Source: Nemertoderma westbladi (Eukaryota; Animalia; Xenacoelomorpha). Taken from it: DNA of 63,033 nt. Where the stretch lies: NCBI GenBank assembly GCA_032718475.1, contig JAUCBJ010000595.1:1-63033 (forward strand). The letters are read 5' to 3'. The translations under genes were made by a program, and so were the position numbers. Below, one piece after another: positions 28,601 through 43,600 of the stretch. The notes below the pieces were generated by a model that had not been told where the DNA came from, searched no databases, and saw only the letters and a list, made by a program, of their open reading frames with translations. Position 1 is the first letter of the stretch. Every line of letters starts with the position of its first letter.

Positions 28601-31600
28601 ATTGAACTAAATGAATTATTGAAATTGCTCAACAATAACTCGTCATGCATTAATGTGGTTGTGTACTATTGAACTATATGAAATATTGAAATTGCTCAAC
28701 AATAACTCGTCATGCATTAATGTGGTTGTGTACTATTGAACTAAATGAATTATTGAAATTGCTCAACAATAACTCGTCATGCATTAATGTGGTTGTGTAC
28801 TATTGAACTAAATGAATTATTGAAATTGCTCAACAATAACTCGTCATGCATTAATGTGGTTGTGTACTATTGAACTATATGAACTATTGAAATTGCTCAA
28901 CAATAACTCGTCATGCATTAATGTGGTTGTGTACTATTGAACTAAATGAATTATTGAAATTGCTCAACAATAACTCGTCATGCATTAATGTGGTTGTGTA
29001 CTATTGAACTAAATGAATTATTGAAATTGCTCAACAATAACTCGTCATGCATTAATGTGGTTGTGTACTATTGAACTATATGAAATATTGAAATTACTCA
29101 ACAATAACTCGTCATGCATTAATGTGGTTGTGTACTATTGAACTAAATGAATTATTGAAATTGCTCAACAATAACTCGTCATGCATTAATGTGGTTGTGT
29201 ACTATTGAACTATATGAAATATTGAAATTGCTCAACAATAACTCGTCATGCATTAATGTGGTTGTGTACTATTGAACTAAATGAATTATTGAAATTGCTC
29301 AACAATAACTCGTCATGCATTAATGTGGTTGTGTACTATTGAACTATATGAACTATTGAAATTGCTCAACAATAACTCGTCATGCATTAATGTGGTTGTG
29401 TACTATTGAACTAAATGAATTATTGAAATTGCTCAACAATAACTCGTCATGCATTAATGTGGTTGTGTACTATTGAACTATATGAAATATTGAAATTGCT
29501 CAACAATAACTCGTCATGCATTAATGTGGTTGTGTACTATTGAACTATATGAACTATTGAAATTGCTCAACAATAACTCGTCATGCATTAATGTGGTTGT
29601 GTACTATTGAACTAAATGAAATATTGAAATTGCTCAACAATAACTCGTCATGCATTAATGTGGTTGTGTACTATTGAACTAAATGAATTATTGAAATTGC
29701 TCAACAATAACTCGTCATGCATTAATGTGGTTGTGTACTATTGAACTATATGAAATATTGAAATTGCTCAACAATAACTCGTCATGCATTAATGTGGTTG
29801 TGTACTATTGAACTAAATGAATTATTGAAATTGCTCAACAATAACTCGTCATGCATTAATGTGGTTGTGTACTATTGAACTATATGAACTATTGAAATTG
29901 CTCAACAATAACTCGTCATGCATTAATGTGGTTGTGTACTATTGAAATTGCTCAACAATAACTCGTCATGCATTAATGTGGTTGTGTACTATTGAACTAT
30001 ATGAAATATTGAAATTGCTCAACAATAACTCGTCATGCATTAATGTGGTTGTGTACTATTGAACTATATGTACTATTGAAATTGCTCAACAATAACTCGT
30101 CATACATTAATGTGGTTGTGTACTATTGAACTAAATGAATTATTGAAATTGCTCAACAATAACTCGTCATGCATTAATGTGGTTGTGTACTATTGAACTA
30201 TATGAACTATTGAAATTGCTCAACAATAACTCGTCATGCATTAATGTGGTTGTGTACTATTGAACTAAATGAAATATTGAAATTGCTCAACAATAACTCG
30301 TCATGAATTAATGTGGTTGTGTACTATTGAAATTGCTCAACAATAACTCGTCATGCATTAATGTGGTTGTGTACTATTGAACTATATGAACTATTGAAAT
30401 TGCTCAACAATAACTCGTCATGCATTAATGTGGTTGTGTACTATTGAACTAAATGAATTATTGAAATTGCTCAACAATAACTCGTCATGCATTAATGTGG
30501 TTGTGTACTATTGAACTATATGAACTATTGAAATTGCTCAACAATAACTTGTCATGCATTAATGTGGTTGTGTACTATTGAACTATATGAACTATTGAAA
30601 TTGCTCAACAATAACTCGTCATGCATTAATGTGGTTGTGTACTATTGAACTATATGAACTATTGAAATTGCTCAACAATAACTCGTCATGCATTAATGTG
30701 GTTGTGTACTATTGAAATTGCTCAACAATAACTCGTCATGCATTAATGTGGTTGTGTACTATTGAACTATATGAAATATTGAAATTGCTCAACAATAACT
30801 CGTCATGCATTAATGTGGTTGTGTACTATTGAACTAAATGAATTATTGAAATTGCTCAACAATAACTCGTCATGCATTAATGTGGTTGTGTACTATTTAA
30901 ATTGCTCAACAATAACTCGTCATGCATTAATGTGGTTGTGTACTATTGAACTAAATGAAATATTGAAATTGCTCAACAATAACTCGTCATGAATTAATGT
31001 GGTTGTGTACTATTGAAATTGCTCAACAATAACTCGTCATGCATTAATGTGGTTGTGTACTATTGAACTATATGAACTATTGAAATTGCTCAACAATAAC
31101 TCGTCATGCATTAATGTGGTTGTGTACTATTGAACTAAATGAATTATTGAAATTGCTCAACAATAACTCGTCATGCATTAATGTGGTTGTGTACTATTGA
31201 ACTATATGTACTATTGAAATTGCTCAACAATAACTCGTCATGCATTAATGTGGTTGTGTACTATTGAACTATATGAACTATTGAAATTGCTCAACAATAA
31301 CTCGTCATGCATTAATGTGGTTGTGTACTATTGAACTATATGAACTATTGAAATTGCTCAACAATAACTCGTCATGCATTAATGTGGTTGTGTACTATTG
31401 AACTATATGAACTATTGAAATTGCTCAACAATAACTCGTCATGCATTAATGTGGTTGTGTACTATTGAAATTGCTCAACAATAACTCGTCATGCATTAAT
31501 GTGGTTGTGTACTATTGAACTATATGAAATATTGAAATTGCTCAACAATAACTCGTCATGCATTAATGTGGTTGTGTACTATTGAACTAAATGAATTATT

Positions 31601-34600
31601 GAAATTGCTCAACAATAACTCGTCATGCATTAATGTGGTTGTGTACTATTTAAATTGCTCAACAATAACTCGTCATGCATTAATGTGGTTGTGTACTATT
31701 GAACTAAATGAAATATTGAAATTGCTCAACAATAACTCGTCATGAATTAATGTGGTTGTGTACTATTGAAATTGCTCAACAATAACTCGTCATGCATTAA
31801 TGTGGTTGTGTACTATTGAACTATATGAACTATTGAAATTGCTCAACAATAACTCGTCATGCATTAATGTGGTTGTGTACTATTGAACTAAATGAATTAT
31901 TGAAATTGCTCAACAATAACTCGTCATGCATTAATGTGGTTGTGTACTATTGAACTATATGAACTATTGAAATTGCTCAACAATAACTCGTCATGCATTA
32001 ATGTGGTTGTGTACTATTGAACTATATGAACTATTGAAATTGCTCAACAATAACTCGTCATGCATTAATGTGGTTGTGTACTATTGAACTAAATGAATTA
32101 TTGAAATTGCTCAACAATAACTCGTCATGCATTAATGTGGTTGTGTACTATTGAACTATATGAACTATTGAAATTGCTCAACAATAACTCGTCATGCATT
32201 AATGTGGTTGTGTACTATTGAACTATATGAACTATTGAAATTGCTCAACAATAACTCGTCATGCATTAATGTGGTTGTGTACTATTGAACTATATGAACT
32301 ATTGAAATTGCTCAACAATAACTCGTCATGCATTAATGTGGTTGTGTACTATTGAACTAAATGAATTATTGAAATTGCTCAACAATAACTCGTCATGCAT
32401 TAATGTGGTTGTGTACTATTGAACTATATGAACTATTGAAATTGCTCAACAATAACTCGTCATGCATTAATGTGGTTGTGTACTATTGAACTATATGAAC
32501 TATTGAAATTGCTCAACAATAACTCGTCATGCATTAATGTGGTTGTGTACTATTGAACTAAATGAATTATTGAAATTGCTCAACAATAACTCGTCATGCA
32601 TTAATGTGGTTGTGTACTATTGAACTATATGAACTATTGAAATTGCTCAACAATAACTCGTCATGCATTAATGTGGTTGTGTACTATTGAACTAAATGAA
32701 TTATTGAAATTGCTCAACAATAACTCGTCATGCATTAATGTGGTTGTGTACTATTGAACTAAATGAATTATTGAAATTGCTCAACAATAACTCGTCATGC
32801 ATTAATGTGGTTGTGTACTATTGAACTAAATGAATTATTGAAATTGCTCAACAATAACTCGTCATGCATTAATGTGGTTGTGTACTATTGAACTATATGT
32901 ACTATTGAAATTGCTCAACAATAACTCGTCATGCATTAATGTGGTTGTGTACTATTGAACTAAATGAATTATTGAAATTGCTCAACAATAACTCGTCATG
33001 CATTAATGTGGTTGTGTACTATTGAACTAAATGAATTATTGAAATTGCTCAACAATAACTCGTCATGCATTAATGTGGTTGTGTACTATTTAAATTGCTC
33101 AACAATAACTCGTCATGCATTAATGTGGTTGTGTACTATTGAACTAAATGAATTATTGAAATTGCTCAACAATAACTCGTCATGCATTAATGTGGTTGTG
33201 TACTATTGAACTATATGAAATATTGAAATTGCTCAACAATAACTCGTCATGCATTAATGTGGTTGTGTACTATTGAACTAAATGAATTATTGAAATTGCT
33301 CAACAATAACTCGTCATGCATTAATGTGGTTGTGTACTATTGAACTATATGAATTATTGAAATTGCTCAACAATAACTCGTCATGCATTAATGTGGTTGT
33401 GTACTATTGAACTATATGAAATATTGAAATTGCTCAACAATAACTCGTCATGCATTAATGTGGTTGTGTACTATTGAACTAAATGAATTATTGAAATTGC
33501 TCAACAATAACTCGTCATGCATTAATGTGGTTGTGTACTATTGAACTAAATGAATTATTGAAATTGCTCAACAATAACTCGTCATGCATTAATGTGGTTG
33601 TGTACTATTGAACTATATGAACTATTGAAATTGCTCAACAATAACTCGTCATGCATTAATGTGGTTGTGTACTATTGAACTAAATGAATTATTGAAATTG
33701 CTCAACAATAACTCGTCATGCATTAATGTGGTTGTGTACTATTTAAATTGCTCAACAATAACTCGTCATGCATTAATGTGGTTGTGTACTATTGAACTAT
33801 ATGAAATATTGAAATTGCTCAACAATAACTCGTCATGCATTAATGTGGTTGTGTACTATTGAACTAAATGAATTATTGAAATTGCTCAACAATAACTCGT
33901 CATGCATTAATGTGGTTGTGTACTATTGAACTATATGAAATATTGAAATTGCTCAACAATAACTCGTCATGCATTAATGTGGTTGTGTACTATTGAACTA
34001 TATGAACTATTGAAATTGCTCAACAATAACTCGTCATGCATTAATGTGGTTGTGTACTATTGAACTAAATGAATTATTGAAATTGCTCAACAATAACTCG
34101 TCATGCATTAATGTGGTTGTGTACTATTGAACTAAATGAATTATTGAAATTGCTCAACAATAACTCGTCATGCATTAATGTGGTTGTGTACTATTGAACT
34201 ATATGAAATATTGAAATTGCTCAACAATAGCTCGTCATGCATTAATGTGGTTGTGTACTATTGAACTATATGAAATATTGAAATTGCTCAACAATAACTC
34301 GTCATGCATTAATGTGGTTGTGTACTATTGAACTATATGAAATATTGAAATTGCTCAACAATAGCTCGTCATGCATTAATGTGGTTGTGTACTATTGAAC
34401 TATATGAAATATTGAAATTGCTCAACAATAACTCGTCATGCATTAATGTGGTTGTGTACTATTGAACTAAATGAATTATTGAAATTGCTCAACAATAACT
34501 CGTCATGCATTAATGTGGTTGTGTACTATTGAACTATATGAAATATTGAAATTGCTCAACAATAACTCGTCATGCATTAATGTGGTTGTGTACTATTGAA

Positions 34601-37600
34601 CTAAATGAATTATTGAAATTGCTCAACAATAACTCGTCATGCATTAATGTGGTTGTGTACTATTTAAATTGCTCAACAATAACTCGTCATGCATTAATGT
34701 GGTTGTGTACTATTGAACTATATGAAATATTGAAATTGCTCAACAATAACTCGTCATGCATTAATGTGGTTGTGTACTATTGAACTAAATGAATTATTGA
34801 AATTGCTCAACAATAACTCGTCATGCATTAATGTGGTTGTGTACTATTGAACTATATGAAATATTGAAATTGCTCAACAATAACTCGTCATGCATTAATG
34901 TGGTTGTGTACTATTGAACTAAATGAATTATTGAAATTGCTCAACAATAACTCGTCATGCATTAATGTGGTTGTGTACTATTTAAATTGCTCAACAATAA
35001 CTCATCATGCATTAATGTGGTTGTGTACTATTGAACTAAATGAATTATTGAAATTGCTCAACAATAACTCGTCATGCATTAATGTGGTTGTGTACTATTG
35101 AACTAAATGAATTATTGAAATTGCTCAACAATAACTCGTCATGCATTAATGTGGTTGTGTACTATTGAACTATATGAAATATTGAAATTGCTCAACAATA
35201 ACTCGTCATGCATTAATGTGGTTGTGTACTATTGAACTAAATGAATTATTGAAATTGCTCAACAATAACTCGTCATGCATTAATGTGGTTGTGTACTATT
35301 TAAATTGCTCAACAATAACTCATCATGCATTAATGTGGTTGTGTACTATTGAACTAAATGAATTATTGAAATTGCTCAACAATAACTCGTCATGCATTAA
35401 TGTGGTTGTGTACTATTGAACTATATGAAATATTGAAATTGCTCAACAATAACTCGTCATGCATTAATGTGGTTGTGTACTATTGAACTATATGAAATAT
35501 TGAAATTGCTCAACAATAACTCGTCATGCATTAATGTGGTTGTGTACTATTGAACTATATGAAATATTGAAATTGCTCAACAATAACTCGTCATGCATTA
35601 ATGTGGTTGTGTACTATTGAACTATATGAAATATTGAAATTGCTCAACAATAACTCGTCATGCATTAATGTGGTTGTGTACTATTGAACTAAATGAATTA
35701 TTGAAATTGCTCAACAATAACTCGTCATGCATTAATGTGGTTGTGTACTATTTAAATTGCTCAACAATAACTCATCATGCATTAATGTGGTTGTGTACTA
35801 TTGAACTAAATGAATTATTGAAATTGCTCAACAATAACTCGTCATGCATTAATGTGGTTGTGTACTATTGAACTAAATGAATTATTGAAATTGCTCAACA
35901 ATAACTCGTCATGCATTAATGTGGTTGTGTACTATTGAACTAAATGAATTATTGAAATTGCTCAACAATAACTCGTCATGCATTAATGTGGTTGTGTACT
36001 ATTGAACTAAATGAATTATTGAAATTGCTCAACAATAACTCGTCATGCATTAATGTGGTTGTGTACTATTGAACTAAATGAATTATTGAAATTGCTCAAC
36101 AATAACTCGTCATGCATTAATGTGGTTGTGTACTATTTAAATTGCTCAACAATAACTCATCATGCATTAATGTGGTTGTGTACTATTGAACTAAATGAAT
36201 TATTGAAATTGCTCAACAATAACTCGTCATGCATTAATGTGGTTGTGTACTATTGAACTAAATGAATTATTGAAATTGCTCAACAATAACTCGTCATGCA
36301 TTAATGTGGTTGTGTACTATTGAACTAAATGAATTATTGAAATTGCTCAACAATAACTCGTCATGCATTAATGTGGTTGTGTACTATTGAACTAAATGAA
36401 TTATTGAAATTGCTCAACAATAACTCGTCATGCATTAATGTGGTTGTGTACTATTGAACTAAATGAATTATTGAAATTGCTCAACAATAACTCGTCATGC
36501 ATTAATGTGGTTGTGTACTATTGAACTAAATGAATTATTGAAATTGCTCAACAATAACTCGTCATGCATTAATGTGGTTGTGTACTATTGAACTAAATGA
36601 ATTATTGAAATTGCTCAACAATAACTCGTCATGCATTAATGTGGTTGTGTACTATTGAACTAAATGAATTATTGAAATTGCTCAACAATAACTCGTCATG
36701 CATTAATGTGGTTGTGTACTATTGAACTAAATGAATTATTGAAATTGCTCAACAATAGCTCGTCATGCATTAATGTGGTTGTGTACTATTGAACTATATG
36801 AAATATTGAAATTGCTCAACAATAACTCGTCATGCATTAATGTGGTTGTGTACTATTGAACTAAATGAATTATTGAAATTGCTCAACAATAACTCGTCAT
36901 GCATTAATGTGGTTGTGTACTATTGAACTATATGAACTATTGAAATTACTCAACAATAACTCGTCATGCATTAATGTGGTTGTGTACTATTGAACTAAAT
37001 GAATTATTGAAATTGCTCAACAATAACTCGTCATGCATTAATGTGGTTGTGTACTATTGAACTAAATGAATTATTGAAATTGCTCAACAATAACTCGTCA
37101 TGCATTAATGTGGTTGTGTACTATTGAACTAAATGAATTATTGAAATTGCTCAACAATAACTCGTCATGCATTAATGTGGTTGTGTACTATTGAACTATA
37201 TGAAATATTGAAATTGCTCAACAATAACTCGTCATGCATTAATGTGGTTGTGTACTATTGAACTAAATGAATTATTGAAATTGCTCAACAATAACTCGTC
37301 ATGCATTAATGTGGTTGTGTACTATTGAACTAAATGAATTATTGAAATTGCTCAACAATAACTCGTCATGCATTAATGTGGTTGTGTACTATTGAACTAT
37401 ATGAAATATTGAAATTGCTCAACAATAACTCGTCATGCATTAATGTGGTTGTGTACTATTGAACTAAATGAATTATTGAAATTGCTCAACAATAACTCGT
37501 CATGCATTAATGTGGTTGTGTACTATTGAACTATATGAAATATTGAAATTGCTCAACAATAACTCGTCATGCATTAATGTGGTTGTGTACTATTGAACTA

Positions 37601-40600
37601 AATGAATTATTGAAATTGCTCAACAATAACTCGTCATGCATTAATGTGGTTGTGTACTATTGAACTAAATGAAATATTGAAATTGCTCAACAATAACTCG
37701 TCATGCATTAATGTGGTTGTGTACTATTGAACTAAATGAATTATTGAAATTGCTCAACAATAACTCGTCATGCATTAATGTGGTTGTGTACTATTGAACT
37801 AAATGAAATATTGAAATTGCTCAACAATAACTCGTCATGCATTAATGTGGTTGTGTACTATTGAACTAAATGAAATATTGAAATTGCTCAACAATAACTC
37901 GTCATGCATTAATGTGGTTGTATACTATTGAACTAAATGAATTATTGAAATTGCTCAACAATAACTCGTCATGCATTAATGTGGTTGTGTACTATTGAAC
38001 TAAATGAATTATTGAAATTGCTCAACAATAACTCGTCATGCATTAATGTGGTTGTGTATTATTGAACTATATGAACTATTGAAATTGCTCAACAATAACT
38101 CGTCATGCATTAATGTGGTTGTGTATTATTGAACTATATGAACTATTGAAATTGCTCAACAATAACTCGTCATGCATTAATGTGGTTGTGTACTATTGAA
38201 CTATATGAACTATTGAACTATATGTACTATTGAACTATATGAACTATTGAAATTGCTCAACAATAACTCGTCATGCATTAATGTGGTTGTGTATTATTGA
38301 ACTATATGAACTATTGAAATTGCTCAACAATAACTCGTCATGCATTAATGTGGTTGTGTATTATTGAACTATATGAACTATTGAAATTGCTCAACAATAA
38401 CTCGTCATGCATTAATGTGGTTGTGTATTATTGAACTATATGAACTATTGAACTATATGTACTATTGAACTATATGAACTATTGAAATTGCTCAACAATA
38501 ACTCGTCATGCATTAATGTGGTTGTGTATTATTGAACTATATGAACTATTGAAATTGCTCAACAATAACTCGTCATGCATTAATGTGGTTGTGTATTATT
38601 GAACTATATGAACTATTGAAATTGCTCAACAATAACTCGTCATGCATTAATGTGGTTGTGTATTATTGAACTATATGAACTATTGAAATTACTCAACAAT
38701 AACTCGTCATGCATTAATGTGGTTGTGTATACTATTGAACTATATGAACTATTGAAATTGCTCAACAATAACTCGTCATGCATTAATGTGGTTGTGTATA
38801 CTATTGAACTATATGAACTATTGAAATTGCTCAACAATAACTCGTCATGCATTAATGTGGTTGTGTATTATTGAACTATATGAACTATTGAAATTGCTCA
38901 ACAATAACTCGTCATGCATTAATGTGGTTGTGTATTATTGAACTATATGTACTATTGAAATTGCTCAACAATAACTCGTCATGCATTAATGTGGTTGTGT
39001 ATTATTGAACTATATGAACTATTGAAATTGCTCAACAATAACTCGTCATGCATTAATGTGGTTGTGTATTATTGAACTATATGAACTATTGAAATTGCTC
39101 AACAATAACTCGTCATGCATTAATGTGGTTGTGTATTATTGAACTATATGAACTATTGAAATTGCTCAACAATAACTCGTCATGCATTAATGTGGTTGTG
39201 TATTATTGAACTATATGAACTATTGAAATTGCTCAACAACAACTCGTCATGCATTAATGTGGTTGTGAACTATTGAACTATATGAACTATTGAAATTGCT
39301 CAACAATAACTCGTCATGCATTAATGTGGTTGTGTACTATTGAACTATATGAACTATTGAAATTGCTCAACAATAACTCGTCATGCATTAATGTGGTTGT
39401 GTACTATTGAACTATATGAACTATTGAAATTGCTCAACAATATCTCGTCATGCATTAATGTGGTTGTGTACTATTGAACTATATGAACTATTGAAATTGC
39501 TCAACAATAACTCGTCATGCATTAATGTGGTTGGGTACTATTGAAATTGCTCAACAATAACTCGTCATGCATTAATGTGGTTGTGTACTATTGAACTATA
39601 TGAACTATTGAAATTGCTCAACAATAACTCGTCATGCATTAATGTGGTTGGGTACTATTGAAATTGCTCAACAATAACTCGTCATGCATTAATGTGGTTG
39701 TGTATTATTGAACTATATGAACTATTGAAATTACTCAACAATAACTCGTCATGCATTAATGTGGTTGTGTACTATTGAACTATATGAACTATTGAAATTG
39801 CTCAACAATAATTCGTCATGCATTAATGTGGTTGTGTATACTATTGAACTATATGAACTATTGAAATTGCTCAACAATAACACGTCATGCATTAATGTGG
39901 TTGTGTATTATTGAACTATATGAACTATTGAAATTGCTCAACAATAACTCGTCATGCATTAATGTGGTTGTGTATTATTGAACTATATGAACTATTGAAA
40001 TTGCTCAACAATAAATCGTCATGCATTAATGTGGTTGTGTATTATTGAACTATATGAACTATTGAAATTGCTCAACAATAACTCGTCATGCATTAATGTG
40101 GTTGTGTATTATTGAACTATATGAACTATTGAAATTACTCAACAATAACTCGTCATGCATTAATGTGGTTGTGTACTATTGAACTATATGAACTATTGAA
40201 ATTGCTCAACAATAATTCGTCATGCATTAATGTGGTTGTGTATACTATTGAACTATATGAACTATTGAAATTGCTCAACAATAACACGTCATGCATTAAT
40301 GTGGTTGTGTATTATTGAACTATATGAACTATTGAAATTGCTCAACAATAACTCGTCATGCATTAATGTGGTTGTGTATTATTGAACTATATGAACTATT
40401 GAAATTGCTCAACAATAACTCGTCATGCATTAATGTGGTTGTGTACTATTGAACTATATGAACTATTGAACTATATGTACTATTGAACTATATGAACTAT
40501 TGAAATTGCTCAACAATAACTCGTCATGCATTAATGTGGTTGTGTATTATTGAACTATATGAACTATTGAAATTGCTCAACAATAACTCGTCATGCATTA

Positions 40601-43600
40601 ATGTGGTTGTGTATTATTGAACTATATGAACTATTGAACTATATGTACTATTGAACTATATGAACTATTGAAATTGCTCAACAATAACTCGTCATGCATT
40701 AATGTGGTTGTGTATTATTGAACTATATGAACTATTGAAATTGCTCAACAATAACTCGTCATGCATTAATGTGGTTGTGTATTATTGAACTATATGAACT
40801 ATTGAAATTGCTCAACAATAACTCGTCATGCATTAATGTGGTTGTGTATTATTGAACTATATGAACTATTGAAATTACTCAACAATAACTCGTCATGCAT
40901 TAATGTGGTTGTGTATACTATTGAACTATATGAACTATTGAAATTGCTCAACAATAACTCGTCATGCATTAATGTGGTTGTGTATACTATTGAACTATAT
41001 GAACTATTGAAATTGCTCAACAATAACTCGTCATGCATTAATGTGGTTGTGTATTATTGAACTATATGAACTATTGAAATTGCTCAACAATAACTCGTCA
41101 TGCATTAATGTGGTTGTGTATTATTGAACTATATGTACTATTGAAATTGCTCAACAATAACTCGTCATGCATTAATGTGGTTGTGTATTATTGAACTATA
41201 TGAACTATTGAAATTGCTCAACAATAACTCGTCATGCATTAATGTGGTTGTGTATTATTGAACTATATGAACTATTGAAATTGCTCAACAATAACTCGTC
41301 ATGCATTAATGTGGTTGTGTATTATTGAACTATATGAACTATTGAAATTGCTCAACAATAACTCGTCATGCATTAATGTGGTTGTGTATTATTGAACTAT
41401 ATGAACTATTGAAATTGCTCAACAATAACTCGTCATGCATTAATGTGGTTGTGAAATATTGAACTATATGAACTATTGAAATTGCTCAACAATAACTCGT
41501 CATGCATTAATGTGGTTGTGTACTATTGAACTATATGAACTATTGAAATTGCTCAACAATAACTCGTCATGCATTAATGTGGTTGTGTACTATTGAACTA
41601 TATGAACTATTGAAATTGCTCAACAATATCTCGTCATGCATTAATGTGGTTGTGTACTATTGAAATTGCTCAACAATAACTCGTCATGCATTAATGTGGT
41701 TGTGTACTATTGAACTATATGAACTATTGAAATTGCTCAACAATAACTCGTCATGCATTAATGTGGTTGGGTACTATTGAAATTGCTCAACAATAACTCG
41801 TCATGCATTAATGTGGTTGTGTACTATTGAACTATATGAACTATTGAAATTGCTCAACAATAACTCGTCATGCATTAATGTGGTTGGGTACTATTGAAAT
41901 TGCTCAACAATAACTCGTCATGCATTAATGTGGTTGTGTACTATTGAACTATATGAACTATTGAAATTGCTCAACAATAACTCGTCATGCATTAATGTGG
42001 TTGGGTACTATTGAAATTGCTCAACAATAACTCGTCATGCATTAATGTGGTTGTGTACTATTGAACTATATGAACTATTGAAATTGCTCAACAATATCTC
42101 GTCATGCATTAATGTGGTTGTGTATTATTGAACTATATGAATTATTGAAATTGCTCAACAATAACTCGTCATGCATTAATGTGGTTGTGTACTATTGAAC
42201 TATATGAACTATTGAAATTGCTCAACAATAACTCGTCATGCATTAATGTGGTTGTGTATACTATTGAACTATATGAACTATTGAAATTGCTCAACAATAA
42301 CTCGTCATGCATTATTGCTCGCGTTACTGCACGTACATATCCAATAACCAACCACTATGAGCAGGAGAACAATGACTAGCTGTACTTACAGTTCAACTAC
42401 AGTCGTTAAGGCAGCTCTGTATAAAGAAATATTGAGTAATATAAATTATTATATGAACGTGAGAAATATATGGATAATATAGCATAGAGCGTTATATAGG
42501 ATAATAAGTGGAATAAATCTCCGTCGTTTATAAGAAGATTCTAAGAATTGTCAACGTACTTGCAGTCCGCAATCAGCATGTCCAATAAAGTTATAATGTT
42601 CTTGGCCGTTTCTGGAGTCGGGTTATTCGCAGCTTCAGAATCCCGAACTTTTTTCAGGTTCGATTCCTGAAAAAGTAAAAAAAATATATATATATATTAA
42701 ATCAAATGGAGACGTAAGCGTCCGAAGATTATGACGACACCGAATGTTAATGGATTCATTGGTTACTTATGCGCTAAACTTTTGGACATTGTCATCATTT
42801 TCATTATATAACTACCCATAAGATCATTATTTAATATTCTAAAAAAGTAAATAAGTAAAAGTAAATTTTCTTCAGCCACTAGGCCAGGGATTACGCACAA
42901 AGTCTGACGACTTATTTCCAGTGCGGTCCCCCCTGAACTTTACTCCCCAGAGGAAACTCCAGTACTCATTTAGCTACCACTTAAGGATGCAAGGCAGAGA
43001 TGCGCCCTGGCTGGTCCCTTTAAAGCATTCGTGCCGAAACGAAAACTGCCCTGGCCCATGTGAGGATCGAACCCACGACCTACAGGAGATGTGAATTCAA
43101 TGCAACCACTACACCAAGGTGGAATCTAATCACAATACATTGTGTTCTAAATGGAAGATTCGAAGAATTTTAAAATCTAATTAAATATAATAAATAATAA
43201 AAACATAAATAATAAAATATATCGCAAGTTTACCAATGTGAATGTGATGCAACTTCTTACCAGTCGTTCTATAACTCTAAGAATAATATTGAGGGCTTCC
43301 AATCTAAAAGCGATGTCCTCCCATTGGCTGGAGACTACCACACAGGGCTTGTTATCTCTCCAGGGCAGGTAATGGTAAGCGTTACCATCGAACACGGGAT
43401 TGGTCGGTTGTGTTGTAGACGGCATTGGGGCCACATTCGTGTCTAATTTGTTGCCATTGTTACCTAGTTAATTAAATGTTAATTATCACGAATTATTTAT
43501 TCAAAATTACTTTATTGTATAATATTTAATAATAGGGGTGTGCCACTGCGCCAGATATCCGGCCGGGCGGCAATAAAATCCGAAAAAAAAATTTAAATTT

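Noticed and set aside
17103-42379. Many 'MWLCTIEL..' and 'MHDELL..' ORFs
   Set aside because: They arise where 67+50-bp or 69-bp satellite monomers happen to remove a stop; intronic with no protein features.
43050-43122. tRNA gene
   Set aside because: A and B boxes are present but I could not fold a proper acceptor or anticodon stem, and it continues into a SINE-like body.
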